Source: Paramecium tetraurelia (taxonomy: Eukaryota). Taken from it: a stretch of DNA of 64,000 bases. Below the pieces are notes generated by a model. That model saw only the letters and a list, made by a program, of their open reading frames with translations. It was not told where the DNA came from and searched no databases. The DNA lies in NCBI GenBank assembly GCA_000165425.1, contig CT868652.1, forward strand, positions 248,001 to 312,000, read 5' to 3'. Each line of letters begins with the position of its first letter. Position 1 is the first letter of the stretch. The position numbers were made by a program, and so were the translations under genes. Shown here in pieces: positions 41,443 to 53,857 of this stretch.

Positions 41443-42623
41443 ATGTAAAAAGTAGCCATCTTGGCATTCATAGTAGCAATAACAGCTGCTAAGTTTGTTG
41501 ATACTCATACAACGTTAGCTCAAATAAATGCTGACCCATTCGGACATGTTGTATTATCTGCAATAAAGGCTCATCTTCAAGCATAAACACCAGCAAATGA
41601 AGTTAACATGTTATTGAATGCTGTAGGTGCAGGCATCGTTTAAGATTAAAATGATCATGATCATGCTTTTGAATTGGATACAACAACTAACAACAGAGTA
41701 ATGCTTTGTTTAATTTTCAGATAGTTGAGGACTTAGAGAAGGAAGTCTTGTATCACTAGAATTAAATAGCTTCTAACACATAATTGAGAGACGACACAAT
41801 TGAAGCTCTTGCCGTTTCAGAAGATGACATCAGAGTTACAATTCAAGATATTGCAAATAATGAAGCTACTTATGCTAGAGAAGAGGCTACAAGAAATCAA
41901 TAACATGAAACCTTCGTTGCTAAAGTTGCTGCCATTGATGATGTGATTGATGCCATTGATGATGCTGCAAAACTTATTTAACATTTAAGTTTAGGTGCCT
42001 CATTTGCTTAAATCAAGACCAAATTTGACACACTCCACAAAAAACTCTCTGATAACACATCACATTCTGCTCTTTTATAAGTATTATTTAATTATAATAT
42101 TTTAGCCAGTCATTGCAGCTTTGACAGAACTTGCTACTCATGGAGTTAACTAAAAGGCTTTGACCAAAATTGCCCAACTTTTGAGCGAAATCAGATAACA
42201 ATTAGTTTAAGAAAAGGCTACCAAGACAGTAATTTTAATTTCTATAAATTATTTTAGGATGTTGAAGAAAGATAAGCTGCTCATTGGGCTGAATTCTCTG
42301 CTCATTTGGCAAACGAACATACCAGATTAGTTGAAAGAAAGGCTTAGTTGGAAGTTCAAATCTAAGAACAAAAGGATACTATTGAAGATGCTGTTTCATG
42401 GATTGAATTCCATACATTGGAATTGGAAAATAGCGAGGAAAGACTTGCTGGATAATAAGCATGGTTTGCTGTCTAATCATAAATATATGAAACTTAAACA
42501 GCTGAAAGGTATACTTATTTTTAATCTTGTAGAACTGCTTAATAAGATATTGTTGATAGACTCTAAGAACACATTAGTGAAAAATTATCAACAACTGCAT
42601 AATTTATTGCCAGCAGAAACTGA
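41443..42623 (+). CDS. Trichocyst matrix protein precursor (T4-like)
   Basis: MQKVAILAFIVAITAA signal; TLAQINADPFGHVVLSAIKAHLQAQTPANEVNMLLN matches the TMP pro-region/N-terminus pattern; four short introns. Confidence 0.88.
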
Positions 42624-42789
42624 TTTCATTATCCAATATTAATATTCAATAAAATATTTCCCAAAATTATTATTTTATATTCCATTTTGTTATTTCATTT
42701 TGCCTTCCCTAAAATTCATAGTATTAAATGATATACATAATCACTGCCAAATTTAATAATAATATTTTCCATATATCATTCATTAATTT

Positions 42790-45700
42790 ATGGCTTTTTA
42801 ATTTAAACTGTTTGAGAAATAGGTCATTTTTATGCTGTCACACCTTTTAACATTAGAATACAAAATGCCGTAACTGTTTTAATCGCTCATAATAATTTAT
42901 ACGATCACCTAATCCATTTCTTATTCATTTTACTACTAATATACTTAAGATGAAGAATTAAAACATAGCCTCACTAAAATTACCCTACTAACAAGACTCT
43001 ATTTATATATTGATAATCCAAATATTAAATCAGCACTGTTTTGGCTACTTGCAGTCGTTCAAAATTTAATATTTCTAATGGCTGGCTTTGTTGCTTACAA
43101 AAATCAATATTAATTGGGCACGTTATCATTTTGGACTCGAAATATAGCTGTACTCTTCTCCTTTTATATCTATTATTTCTCAACAGCATTTTTTCCTCTA
43201 ATATTTGAAATTTGCCTTATTAATTCATCGGATTTAGCACAATTTTTAGTTTCAATCGTCATAATGCTCTAAGCACTCATAATTATGATATTGGGAGAGC
43301 TTGTTTTTAGAAGAGGCCTAATATTTAAATCAACATCTCATTTATATATAAATATGACAACATACTCATTCGTAATCAAAATTCTGAAATTAATTTAAAT
43401 CATAATTTTTTTTTACTTAAAATCACAATTTCTCTCACAAATGATTTAATGTGTAATAAACATCATAATATAATTGTGTCTTATTGCAGAATAGATTAGA
43501 GTCAAAGTTTATGCAAAGAAGATCTACTCGATCACAACTATTACCTTTGGTTCTATTGGATTGGTCCTTTCCTTTGATGTTCTTCTGACTTAATCAACCA
43601 ACAATAACAATTATTGGATATTGATTTGCATAATTGTGATTAAAATATTACTATATCTTGATGAATTTAAGTTTGACAAAATATCAAATTATGGAATCCA
43701 TGAATTAAAATACCTCTTTTCCTATTTGGATTTAAGCAATCATGAAAAAACTGTTACTAAACTATAAATTTACATGCTTTTCAAGAGTCATTCTCAAAGT
43801 TGTGATAAAAAGTAAACATGTCATTGTACAAAAGAACCTAAGGATTATTATACATCTTTAATAAGGATTATTGAAGGTAGAATTGAGGAGAAACTCCATG
43901 GTAAAATTGAAATATCTAGGGATTTAATTTGTACTGATTATGCTTAGATTTTATTCAGAAATTAATAATATGTACAAGCTTAATAACATATAACTAGATT
44001 TTTGGCCAAAGAATCCTTTAATTATGAAAAAAACTAAAATCCATTATCAACAATTACAATATTTTTATTAGAATATATAAAAGCTGAAGTGTTAAATTAG
44101 GTATTAATTTAAATGACGGAAAAAATAGTGTTATCCAATTAACATAACAAGTTGTTAAATGAATCCTTAAACTCGTTTGTTTTAAATGAAAATTCGGATT
44201 CGTAAATAATGGTGAATTTAAAAAAAATAATTCAAAATAAAATTTAATTTTATTCTAATTTTGTTGAACACCAAAATAATTATTTCGGAAATGTTAATTA
44301 TGCATTGCAATTTATTAATTAAATTAAATAATTTAAAGAGGTTTTATTAGATCGATATAATCAGTTTCCAAGTATATATGTAATATAAAATTAGCTAGCA
44401 GTAATCAAAACATATTGAAGTACTTCTCCTTGAATATTCTAAATGATTATATTGATTCCTTCAATATCAACAAGGGCAAAGCTTTTGAGGATGATAAATT
44501 CAACCAAATATCAGGTTAGATGTATCATAAAATATTTGGAATAAATCCTGCCTATTTTATTACTGAACTCAATTCTGAATTTGATGTGATAATAACTAAG
44601 AAATCTTCAAGAGCAATATACTTATTGTAATAATGGAAAGCTATATAATCAGAATAAAAATATCATTTAAACACTGAGTTAAATGTCTTCTTACCTGAAT
44701 ATGTCTCATAAAAACATGGTAGTTTAATAGAAAGATTTTTAAATGACGGACAAAATAAATATTATCAGCAACAAAATCTATCATTTTTAAAACAATAAGA
44801 TAAGGTAATGATGCCAATTCAAATTATGATAAGCATGAATTAAACAAATTATGACAAGTTCTCCTTTCTGACATTTTTTTATGAATCCTAAGACTATCGA
44901 TCATATTTAGTCGTAGATAAGCATCTTGAGATTTTGAATATAAGTTCTAACATATCAGAAAGCTTGTCTATGAATGAATCAAAGGGTCATCAAAGCTGTA
45001 TAACTAAAATAATCCCTAATTTTCAACAACTAGTAGCCACACATTAACATTAATTTTACAATTAAGAAATTAAGTTACTTAAGGAACATAATCATCAAAA
45101 GGTCCCATGTTCATTTAATAGTAATATTAAAATAGAGAGAAAATTTCAGAATCAATACAAATGTTATTTTGTTGAATTAGATAACATCCGAGCGATATCA
45201 AAGAAGGTTCAAGGGGACAATTCACCAGTATATTTGTCATCATTGACTTAATTCCCTGGGTCAACTTATAGGATTCTCAATGTAAACAGTGAAATAAATA
45301 ATTCAGAAGAGAAGAGGGTCCCTTATTCTGATGTTGAAAATCATCTTATTCCTGAGAATTCACTTTGTTTAATATAATAAGACAACCATCGATAAACAAT
45401 AAATTAAACTGATACAAATATGGCTTGCACTTTGCAAATGATGGAATTTGGTAAGAGTCAAAATATGGTTGAACCATTATCATAAAAACGATTGTTGCCC
45501 AGTTCAAAGTATTCTCATGACGATGATGTGAAGAAATAGGTCAATAAAATAGCCGAGGATGATGAATTTATTGAAATTGGATCTACATCATCAGTTTCTG
45601 CAATTAGAAGATCGAAATACTATAAAAAGTTTGAGATCATAACAATTTTAATGAGGTCAAAGAAGTAATCTGAGAAAATAATAAAAATGAATAAATTCAT

Positions 45701-47458
45701 ATTTTTGTACTCCATTGTGATATTACTGGGAATGATAATAGTAAGCTATAATTTAAATATTAATAGTAAATATTGATGATTCAAAATTTAGAACAATTTG
45801 TTGAGGATATCAAATCATTATCAATAAGGTATGATGTAGTAGAACCCTATGAATCTTTTTATGTTTCAAGATTCTCTTAGGTTAATTACAGAGAGTAATT
45901 AAGTGGAGGTTATCTAAATGCTAGTTTGTATGCTTAATTGACAAAATATCCATTCTCCACATTCGAGTTAATGTATAACCATCTGAGAGATAGTATGTAC
46001 AGAGTGTTAGAAAGAAGGGAGATTGATTAATTATCTGATAATGAGTTTATCTCAATCTACTTTCTGAATACCTCTTATGTGGGTTACAGCAAGAATGTGA
46101 CACTAAGATCATTAGCTAATATTTTGATGAATTATTAATATGACTTTAAGCTTGGATTAACAATTCGTAGTGTTGCATTTGATAGTCCATTTTTTTATTT
46201 TACAAGCAAGAACTATTTAACAATTAAACACACATTTGATGGTCTGAATAAGGTGGTTTTGGATGCTACATTGTAGAGATCTAATCTGGAAAGAGAAAAA
46301 TGGTTATCAGTATTATTACCATTTATAATAATCAGTTTGTTATTGTGCCTAATAATAATAAATAGTTACAGAGAGTATAATTAAATAATGAATTCAATAT
46401 TTTAATATCTGATGGATTTGGATCAGTAGATATTGGATGATGAGAAAAAGAGACTTCAAAAACATTTGACTATAATTAATACTGAGATAGAGAGAGTGAG
46501 GAGGTTTGAGTTTGACATTGATGCTATCGATGTCGAATTGGATGAATCTAACTATTAAGTAAAAAGAAACAATTCAAAAAGAGACTCAAAGAAATTCAGA
46601 ATAACTAACAATAATTTAAGGACAACAACTACAATAGCAATAGTACATTATTTGTTGTTCTTGGCTTTCTTTCTAGTTATATTTTTCCTGATCAAGAGGT
46701 ATTTTGAGAAATATGATTAAACTGCTGTCATTTTTCAGAGGATTAGTGATCTTGGAGTTGATATTCCAACTCTGTATGCACAAAGAGAAGTATTATATAG
46801 GAGGAAACTAAGATACTTTTTCTTAACAGATCAAGAAATAGATGGAGTATATGATGTATTTTTTTAGGCCTATAAAAAAGTGGAAGAGTATTCTAAATTA
46901 AACATAGATTTAAGTTCCATAAATTATTTGTTTGATGAAAATTCAGTCAACTTTTATTAAAGCATTAGCACAGGGAATTTGTGTGATTTTCAAACGGATT
47001 AATTTAAAGAGTTGTCGAATTCTACTTGTGAATTGGCAATGAACGGTAACTTACTTTAGGGGATGTCTCAAATTTTACCTTACATTTTGTAGACTCTGAA
47101 AACTTAATAGTTGGATAGCAAAAACTTTACTATTCTACCTACAAACACAAGACTTGAATTAGAAGGTGCTACCATTATTGGTAATGTTATGTCAACTATA
47201 ATATCTGAACTCTATGATAACTTACTAATTTCATGTTTAAAGCTAATGAATTTCACTCAGACTCCTTGCATCATTTTTCTATTGTTCCAAGGCATTTGTA
47301 TTGTACTTTACATCGTGATTATGAATCAGAAGCACAAATCACAATTTTAGTCGATAAAGCAATCCATATTTCTATTCCCTAGATATACATTAATATTTGA
47401 TGACTAGTTTTATAGGAACTTCAGATCTATTATAAAAGATGAGGGAATTTAATAGTGA
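42790..47458 (+). CDS. Large multi-pass membrane protein with PAS-like domain (TmcB/TmcC-like)
   Basis: N-terminal TM cluster; helical region; FLPEYVSQKHGSLIERFLNDG..F.K..MPI PAS-like signature; GSTSSVS low-complexity linker; further TM segments near the C-terminus. Confidence 0.75.
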
Positions 47459-47522
47459 ATTATATTTTATATTATTTATAATAAAATTTACTTGTGATGT
47501 AATTTAACTAAAAATTAATTTT

Positions 47523-48870
47523 ATGTTTAAACAGGTTACCTTCTTTGCTTATCTAATACACTTGTGTTTGGGAGATGAATTACTATCAGTGCATATCATG
47601 TGGAGACACGGGGCTAGAAAACCTTATTTCTGCAATTGGGGTTGTGATGAGAAAACCAAATCCTCTTTGTCTGAATTGACTCCGGTAGGAATGAGATAAC
47701 ATTATGTCTTAGGATAATGGCTGAAAAAGAAGTATATAGAAACAGGATTTCTGGATCCTATTTTTAATGAAAATTAAATCTATATAGAGAGTAGTAATAC
47801 AAATAGGTAATGCTCTTTGTATAACTATAAGAACAATTATGAGTGCTTACAGCAATCTATAAGGAATGTTCCCTAAAGGTCCTATAGTACCAAAAGTATC
47901 AAATGATCTACTATTACCACCTATGACTGATGTTAAAACCCCAGAGGGAATTTAGGATTTTGCATTACCCAATTAGATTCAGGTTATTCCAATCCATAGT
48001 TTGCAAGAAGAATTAGACTATGTAATGTACATGTACTGTCCTGCCTTATGGGATGGTGGAGCACATAATTTACATACTGATGTTTACTATGATATTAACA
48101 ATCGTTCCTAGGAGTTGATTAAAAGATTTAACAAAGAACTCAATCAAAATTTAACAAACATAGTGGAACTATATGAGTGGAGAGACACCTTTATCAGCAA
48201 TGAATATAATGCAGGAGAGAATCCACGTGAATTAACTCCAGATTTGATGGCAGAATTAGATAAAATAGCAGGACTTGGATTCCTTTTATATTATACTTAA
48301 GACTATTACCAAGCAGCTCTTCTTACAAGTGAATTTTTTAGAACTCTTCTTGATGGCTTTGATGGAGTTCTAAATCGAACATCAAAAATAAAGTATCATG
48401 CTTATTCTGCCCATGACTCTAGTATATATGCCTTATTGTATGCATTGAATTTAACAAATGTTGAATGCTACAATCAAAGTTATTTCGGAAAAGTTGAATC
48501 TCATACTACTTGCATTACTACTTATCCTGATTATACCGCCAACATTATTTATGAGTTATACAATAGTTCCACTCTTGGACCTTATGTTAAAATCATGTAT
48601 AATGGTACATACGTGAGTGTTTGTCAAGATCAATCATTAACCTGTTCGTACTCTCATTTCAAAAGTGTTATCAAAGGGATTAGGAGGGATTACAAAAAGG
48701 AATGTAAAATTGAAGAAGTATCGATCCCTGTAGACTATTAAACTCCATGGTGGGCTGTTACATTTTTTGTTTTAGTGTTGGGTTTGTGCGTTTGTTCTTT
48801 TTCAATGGTTGTAATCATACATCAAAAAAAATAGAGATATGTGAGATAAAATAATAGATATGGAGTGTGA
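47523..48870 (+). CDS. Histidine acid phosphatase (lysosomal type, signal peptide and C-terminal TM)
   Basis: WRHGARKP nucleophile motif, ELTPVGMRQHYVLG, ESSNTNR-TIMSA, YSAHDSS; C-terminal WWAVTFFVLVLGLCV. Confidence 0.93.
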
Positions 48871-48889
48871 TTGATTTTTATAATAATGA

Positions 48890-49675
48890 TCATTATTTTG
48901 TTTAAAGTAATTTAGAAAATGCATCCATGCTATAAGATGACATTTTCTCTTTTTCAGCTTCCAAGTCCAATAGTTTCTTTTCTAGTTCATCCATCAACTC
49001 AATCGTGTCTCTTTTTGGTAATTTGCATCGGTTCATTTGATTTCTTGTAATCAATACATGTTCTTTGATAGTGTTTTTTTATCCGATATTTTTATTTGAA
49101 CCGCTTTGCAATTACATTTCCAAATATTCTATTCTTTCTAAGGCCTCTTCGTATTTCTTCTGAAAATCATCCGAATCACACTTATCTTTTGTTCTTTACA
49201 ACTAAGCTTAAATATTATCTAACAATTTAATCATTAAATATACAGATTACTTGTTATGCTTTAAACATTTATTATTATGCTGTCCAAATTGTTAGATTTA
49301 GGCCATTACAACAGGAAGTCCCATTGCTCATAATTCTGTACCACCAATGATTTTTTTGGCACTCTCAATCCCAATTTATTAATTTACAGTTCCTCATACA
49401 TCACCTAATCCAAAGTATGTTAGGCATCTTCCAACAGATAGGACAGCTAGTCAATAGTCAATTACTTTAATTGGTTTCTACTCTGATCCTCATATTAACT
49501 CACTGGAACCAATTAAAATTATTAGATTGCTTCGTTCAACGGATATTTCTGAATTAACAATTCCAAACTTTATTAATTCTTATATGATTTCTCAAGAATA
49601 GAATCGCATATCTCGACTGAAATAATCTATGTTATTAATACATATTTCATCTATTAGTTGCTTTTTGGTAGCCAT
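48890..49675 (-). CDS. Hypothetical protein
   Basis: Code-6 frame with two short introns, ending in TGA at 48890-48892. Confidence 0.6.
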
Positions 49676-49751
49676 TAAAATTTATGTATATATATATATT
49701 TATAAATATATTAATCTTAACACTTATGTTTAAGATTTATATGAAGACAGA

Positions 49752-51320
49752 TCACTGCTGATATGTCTATTACACATCTAAGTCTTATTAGATCTACTGA
49801 CTGTTATTTCTTTCAATATCTGATTGATTACTATATTGTTGTTGTAATTCTTATTCTGGATCATTCAGATTCAATATCACTTAAGATTTCTGTTACTACA
49901 TATCTTGTTAATTAAGTAATCGCTCTAACTCTTGTATTTTTTATTAATATCTCTAGTTCTCTTCTAGTAATGCTGTATAAGGGACATTTTGACTTTCAGC
50001 TTCTTTTTCCTCTGATTTAGGGTCCTGCTTTTTTTGTAAGTCTTCCTTGCCTTTATTCTTGTTCTCCCCTGTCTACAAAGTCTTCATTAATGTTTCAACA
50101 ACCTTGTGTATTTCTTACACTGCATTTTTAAATTCCATATCGATTTTATTATTTTAAGTTTTGGTTGATTATTCTGATGTTGGTTTCTACTATTAATTTT
50201 AAGCAGGTGTTATAGTTTCACTAATCACTTTTATGATTTATTTAGAAAATTATTCAATAGTCCCTTGTTGAGATTATGGCAATTATTTCTGTCCTTAAAA
50301 TTAGGATTATCCTGGAATTTTTTATTAGGGTTAGAAATTTGATTATAGAACATGTGCTTTTTGGATTTGTGGTTGTTAGGAAGGGAGAGAAAAATCTTGG
50401 TATTTATTAAAAGAATCCAAGGCCTCAAAGACAGTTAAACGCTGATTTGGGTTTGGTTCCAACATCTTCTTTAAAGCCGCTTAACATTCTTGAGGGATAT
50501 TAATTTAATCAATTCTTTAATAGTATGAGTCTTTTTTGTGTTTAAATTGCAAGATTTCCTATCTTATTTCATTTTCAACTTGAGCTAACATCTAATAAAG
50601 GATTGATACATTAAATAAATGTTTCACCAGTAAATATCTCATAAAACACACATCCCAAAGCCCAAATATCTACTTTCTCATTGTAATCGTTCCTTTATTC
50701 AATAAGTTCTGGAGCTGAGTAAAAGAGAGTTCCAATTCCCTTAGTTCGATTCAAATCTTAAGTAAGCCCTTTTGTTAGCCCAAAATCGATTAATTTAAAT
50801 CGATCTTTAACTTTTATGAAGTTCTCTGGTTTGATGTCTCTATGAAATAATTTTTTGGAATGGAGAAAATAAATTGGTCTGAAAAGCTACAAAAATGAAG
50901 TATATTTACATCAAGACAAATTCTGAATTTCTCATTAATTGGTATATTCTTCTTGGTATTTATATAATCAAATAGATTTTATCCCCCAAGCTCCATAATC
51001 AATACCTGATAGTTTTGATACTAAAATTTCTCGTAAATAGTTATTATCCCTGAAGTTTTAATGGGATCATGATCAAATTAATTTTAATATTCCATCACTG
51101 TCTTAATAAAAGCAATTTCTGCATCTTTCATGTTCAACTAAAGTTTCAAGGCAACATCTGTATTATATTAGCAATTCCTTGGTTTAGCTGCGTAAACAGC
51201 TCCTTCCCCTCCTATTCCCAGAAGCTTGGACATCATAAATTCTCTCTTTTAATACGATGTAGTTGGATGGGAGATAACTGAGTTCACTAAATATAAATGG
51301 TCTGAATTCTATTAAGCCAT
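49752..51320 (-). CDS. Ser/Thr protein kinase with Q/N-rich and coiled-coil tail
   Basis: LGIGGEGAVY, VALK, HRDIKPEN, DFG, GTLFYSAPE, DIWALG. Confidence 0.92.
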
Positions 51321-51365
51321 CCTCTAAATCAATTATATAATTTTTTTATTAAATTGTTAATTATC

Positions 51366-52258
51366 ATGCATGATTTAATCTTACCAATAGTCACAATATT
51401 CTTAAGTGTATTGTCAATTATAAGTTGTGGATTTGTAATATATATTTATGGAACCTTTAGAGAATTAAGAAATGATCAATTTACTATTATATTATAGATT
51501 ATTGTGTTCAATCTGATATTTGACCTTATACTATTTGGCGATTCATTTGGATATTTATTTTTGAGAAACTCTACTTTTCAGATGAGTGATAAACCTGTTT
51601 TGTGTTAGTCTTAGTCCTTTTTCTCTGTTTATAGTGTTTTGTCAAGCGCTCTTTGGACTTCAATTCTAATTCATAGTTTGTATCATTCCATAAAAGAGAG
51701 AGAAGCAAATCAGTATATGCAGTCATATTATCCAGGATTAGGCTATGGAATACCATTATTAATATCTATAATGTATGTATTGTTTGTGAAAAAGACCAAT
51801 AATAATTGATGCATATGGTTAATACAATCCAATGCCTCAAACAAATTGTTTCTTTGATGTCAACAACGTTAATGTGGAACTCTATACAATGATATTCTAT
51901 AATATCCCTATTTGGATTATGTTTTTATATAACCTTATTGTTATAATACTGGCAATTAGAATTAATAAAAATTTCACTTAATCCTTGTATTCCATATACA
52001 TCTATTAAGGAATTTTGGCTGTCTGTTGGATAATTGTAAATTGTATTTCATATCTTTTAGCCTAGTATTGTGAACCTGTTTGGTTTTACATCGCTTGTAT
52101 GGAAAACAATTGATTTTGGTTTGGGTGGTTTGATTGGCTTTTTGAATTCCTTTTGGTATAGTTACACATCATTGGCAGATAGATTGTCTTTCGAAAATGG
52201 ATAATTGGTATAACGCATTAAGGAAACTACTGCTGAATAAGAATTAGCTAAAATTTGA
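51366..52258 (+). CDS. cAMP-receptor-like / GCR1-like 7TM receptor
   Basis: Seven hydrophobic segments; LCQSQSFF..LSSALWTSILIHSLY (TM3); YGQY..CFF (ECL2); ILAVCWIIPS (TM6); GFLNSFWY (TM7). Confidence 0.8.
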
Positions 52259-52552
52259 TGTTTGATATTTGAAATGAAAATTATATAAGATAATCCTATG
52301 TAAACTATAAATTTCTAGATCATTTATCACATTTGTGATCAAAGCTATTTGATTTATAATTAATAGTAGGAATTCCTATTATTATTAAATACTTAATTGT
52401 GATTATTGTTAAATGTAGATATTGACTTGATGGAATATGTCTATATAATTTCTGATACGCAGAATTTGATATGGCTTTAATTAATTAAATCAGAATGTCT
52501 ATTTATATACTATGATTGATAATTACAGATATTATTAATATATAAAATAAAT

Positions 52553-53167
52553 ATGTAATAAGTGACTCCTGCATATGTGAAATCGTTGACAGGGCCTACT
52601 GCTAAGTAGATTGATATTTCAATTTAGTTTTCTGTGTCCAGTAAATGCAAATATTTACAACATCCAATTTTTGAAATTTAGAATTCGAGATATGGATTCA
52701 GGTCAAGTGTTGTTTGAGGTGGAGAGAGATCCAGATGAATAGCCAATAGGTAAGAAGTTGTTAAAACGCAAGAATAATTACCCGTTGAGTATTAAGATGA
52801 GGCCAGAAGGATTAAATATCAATTTGGACCCTAGTTTTTTGAATTGAAAACAGTAGGTGCTTAACTCACGTTCTCAGTTGGAAAGGATCCAGTGAAAAAC
52901 TTCACGATTATTGAAAGACACTATTTCAGAGATCACTTATTGAGATGCTACGAATTCTAATTCCCATTCTGTATTCCCAATTCAACTAACACATGGGAAC
53001 ACATTTACACAATCCCAGAAATCGATGAAGCTATGGTATAATGTAATACTTATTGAAAGCGTCAAGAAATGATAGACAATCCATTCGAAACGAAATCTGA
53101 TAGTTTCTACTTCGTCGGAGATTAATTAGTGATGCATAATAAAGCAGAATATGATTACTCTGAATGA
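52553..53167 (+). CDS. UNC119: UNC119 (PDE-delta/UNC119 lipid-binding family)
   Basis: [92 protein letters not shown]. Confidence 0.95.
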
Positions 53168-53200
53168 AATAATTATATTGACATTTATGTGTAATATGAG

Positions 53201-53785
53201 TCATTCATTCTTTGCTTTGCCCTTCTTCTTCCCTTATTTTTGATCTTTCTAAGTATTCTCATTGCTCTTTTCCTTTTCTTTCGTCTACTCAACCTTCTAT
53301 GTTGTTTAAGCCTCACTTTTCTGTTCCTCCACTTTTGAATCCTTCTTCTCTTACTTTGTTTATGGCCAATTATTAAAGGCAATAACACTGAATATTCCTG
53401 CTTAGTATCCAAATCTAATTCTACATCTAAACCATACCTTTCAAGTCTCTCCGATTATGTTTACCCAACTCCATCAAAAAATAAGCTTCCTATTGTTGAT
53501 ACTAAAAATAGTGCATAGACATTTAAACAAACGAATTTCAATTACTCTTACTTTAGGATAAATGCAGCCAACAAAATTAGATGATATAAACCACATATTC
53601 TTAATCCCTAAATAACAATTATTATCATTTATTACTAATTCAGTCTAGAGTAATCCTGATAAATAGACGTTGATTATTGATTATTCTTATTCAGAATCCC
53701 CCTTTTTAATGAAAGAAGATGGAGTGACTATCAATAATACTGCCATTGTTGATATATACGCTAGATATCCAATATTATTTAGCAT
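53201..53785 (-). CDS. Small membrane protein with charged K/E tail
   Basis: Hydrophobic N-terminal segments and a C-terminal KQGKKKGKAKNE-TGA; splicing not fully resolved. Confidence 0.5.
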
Positions 53786-53857
53786 TAATTAATTATTTAA
53801 TATAATTTATAACAACATGGTTCTTATCTAAACCTACCATGTTAAATCAAAAGGAGC

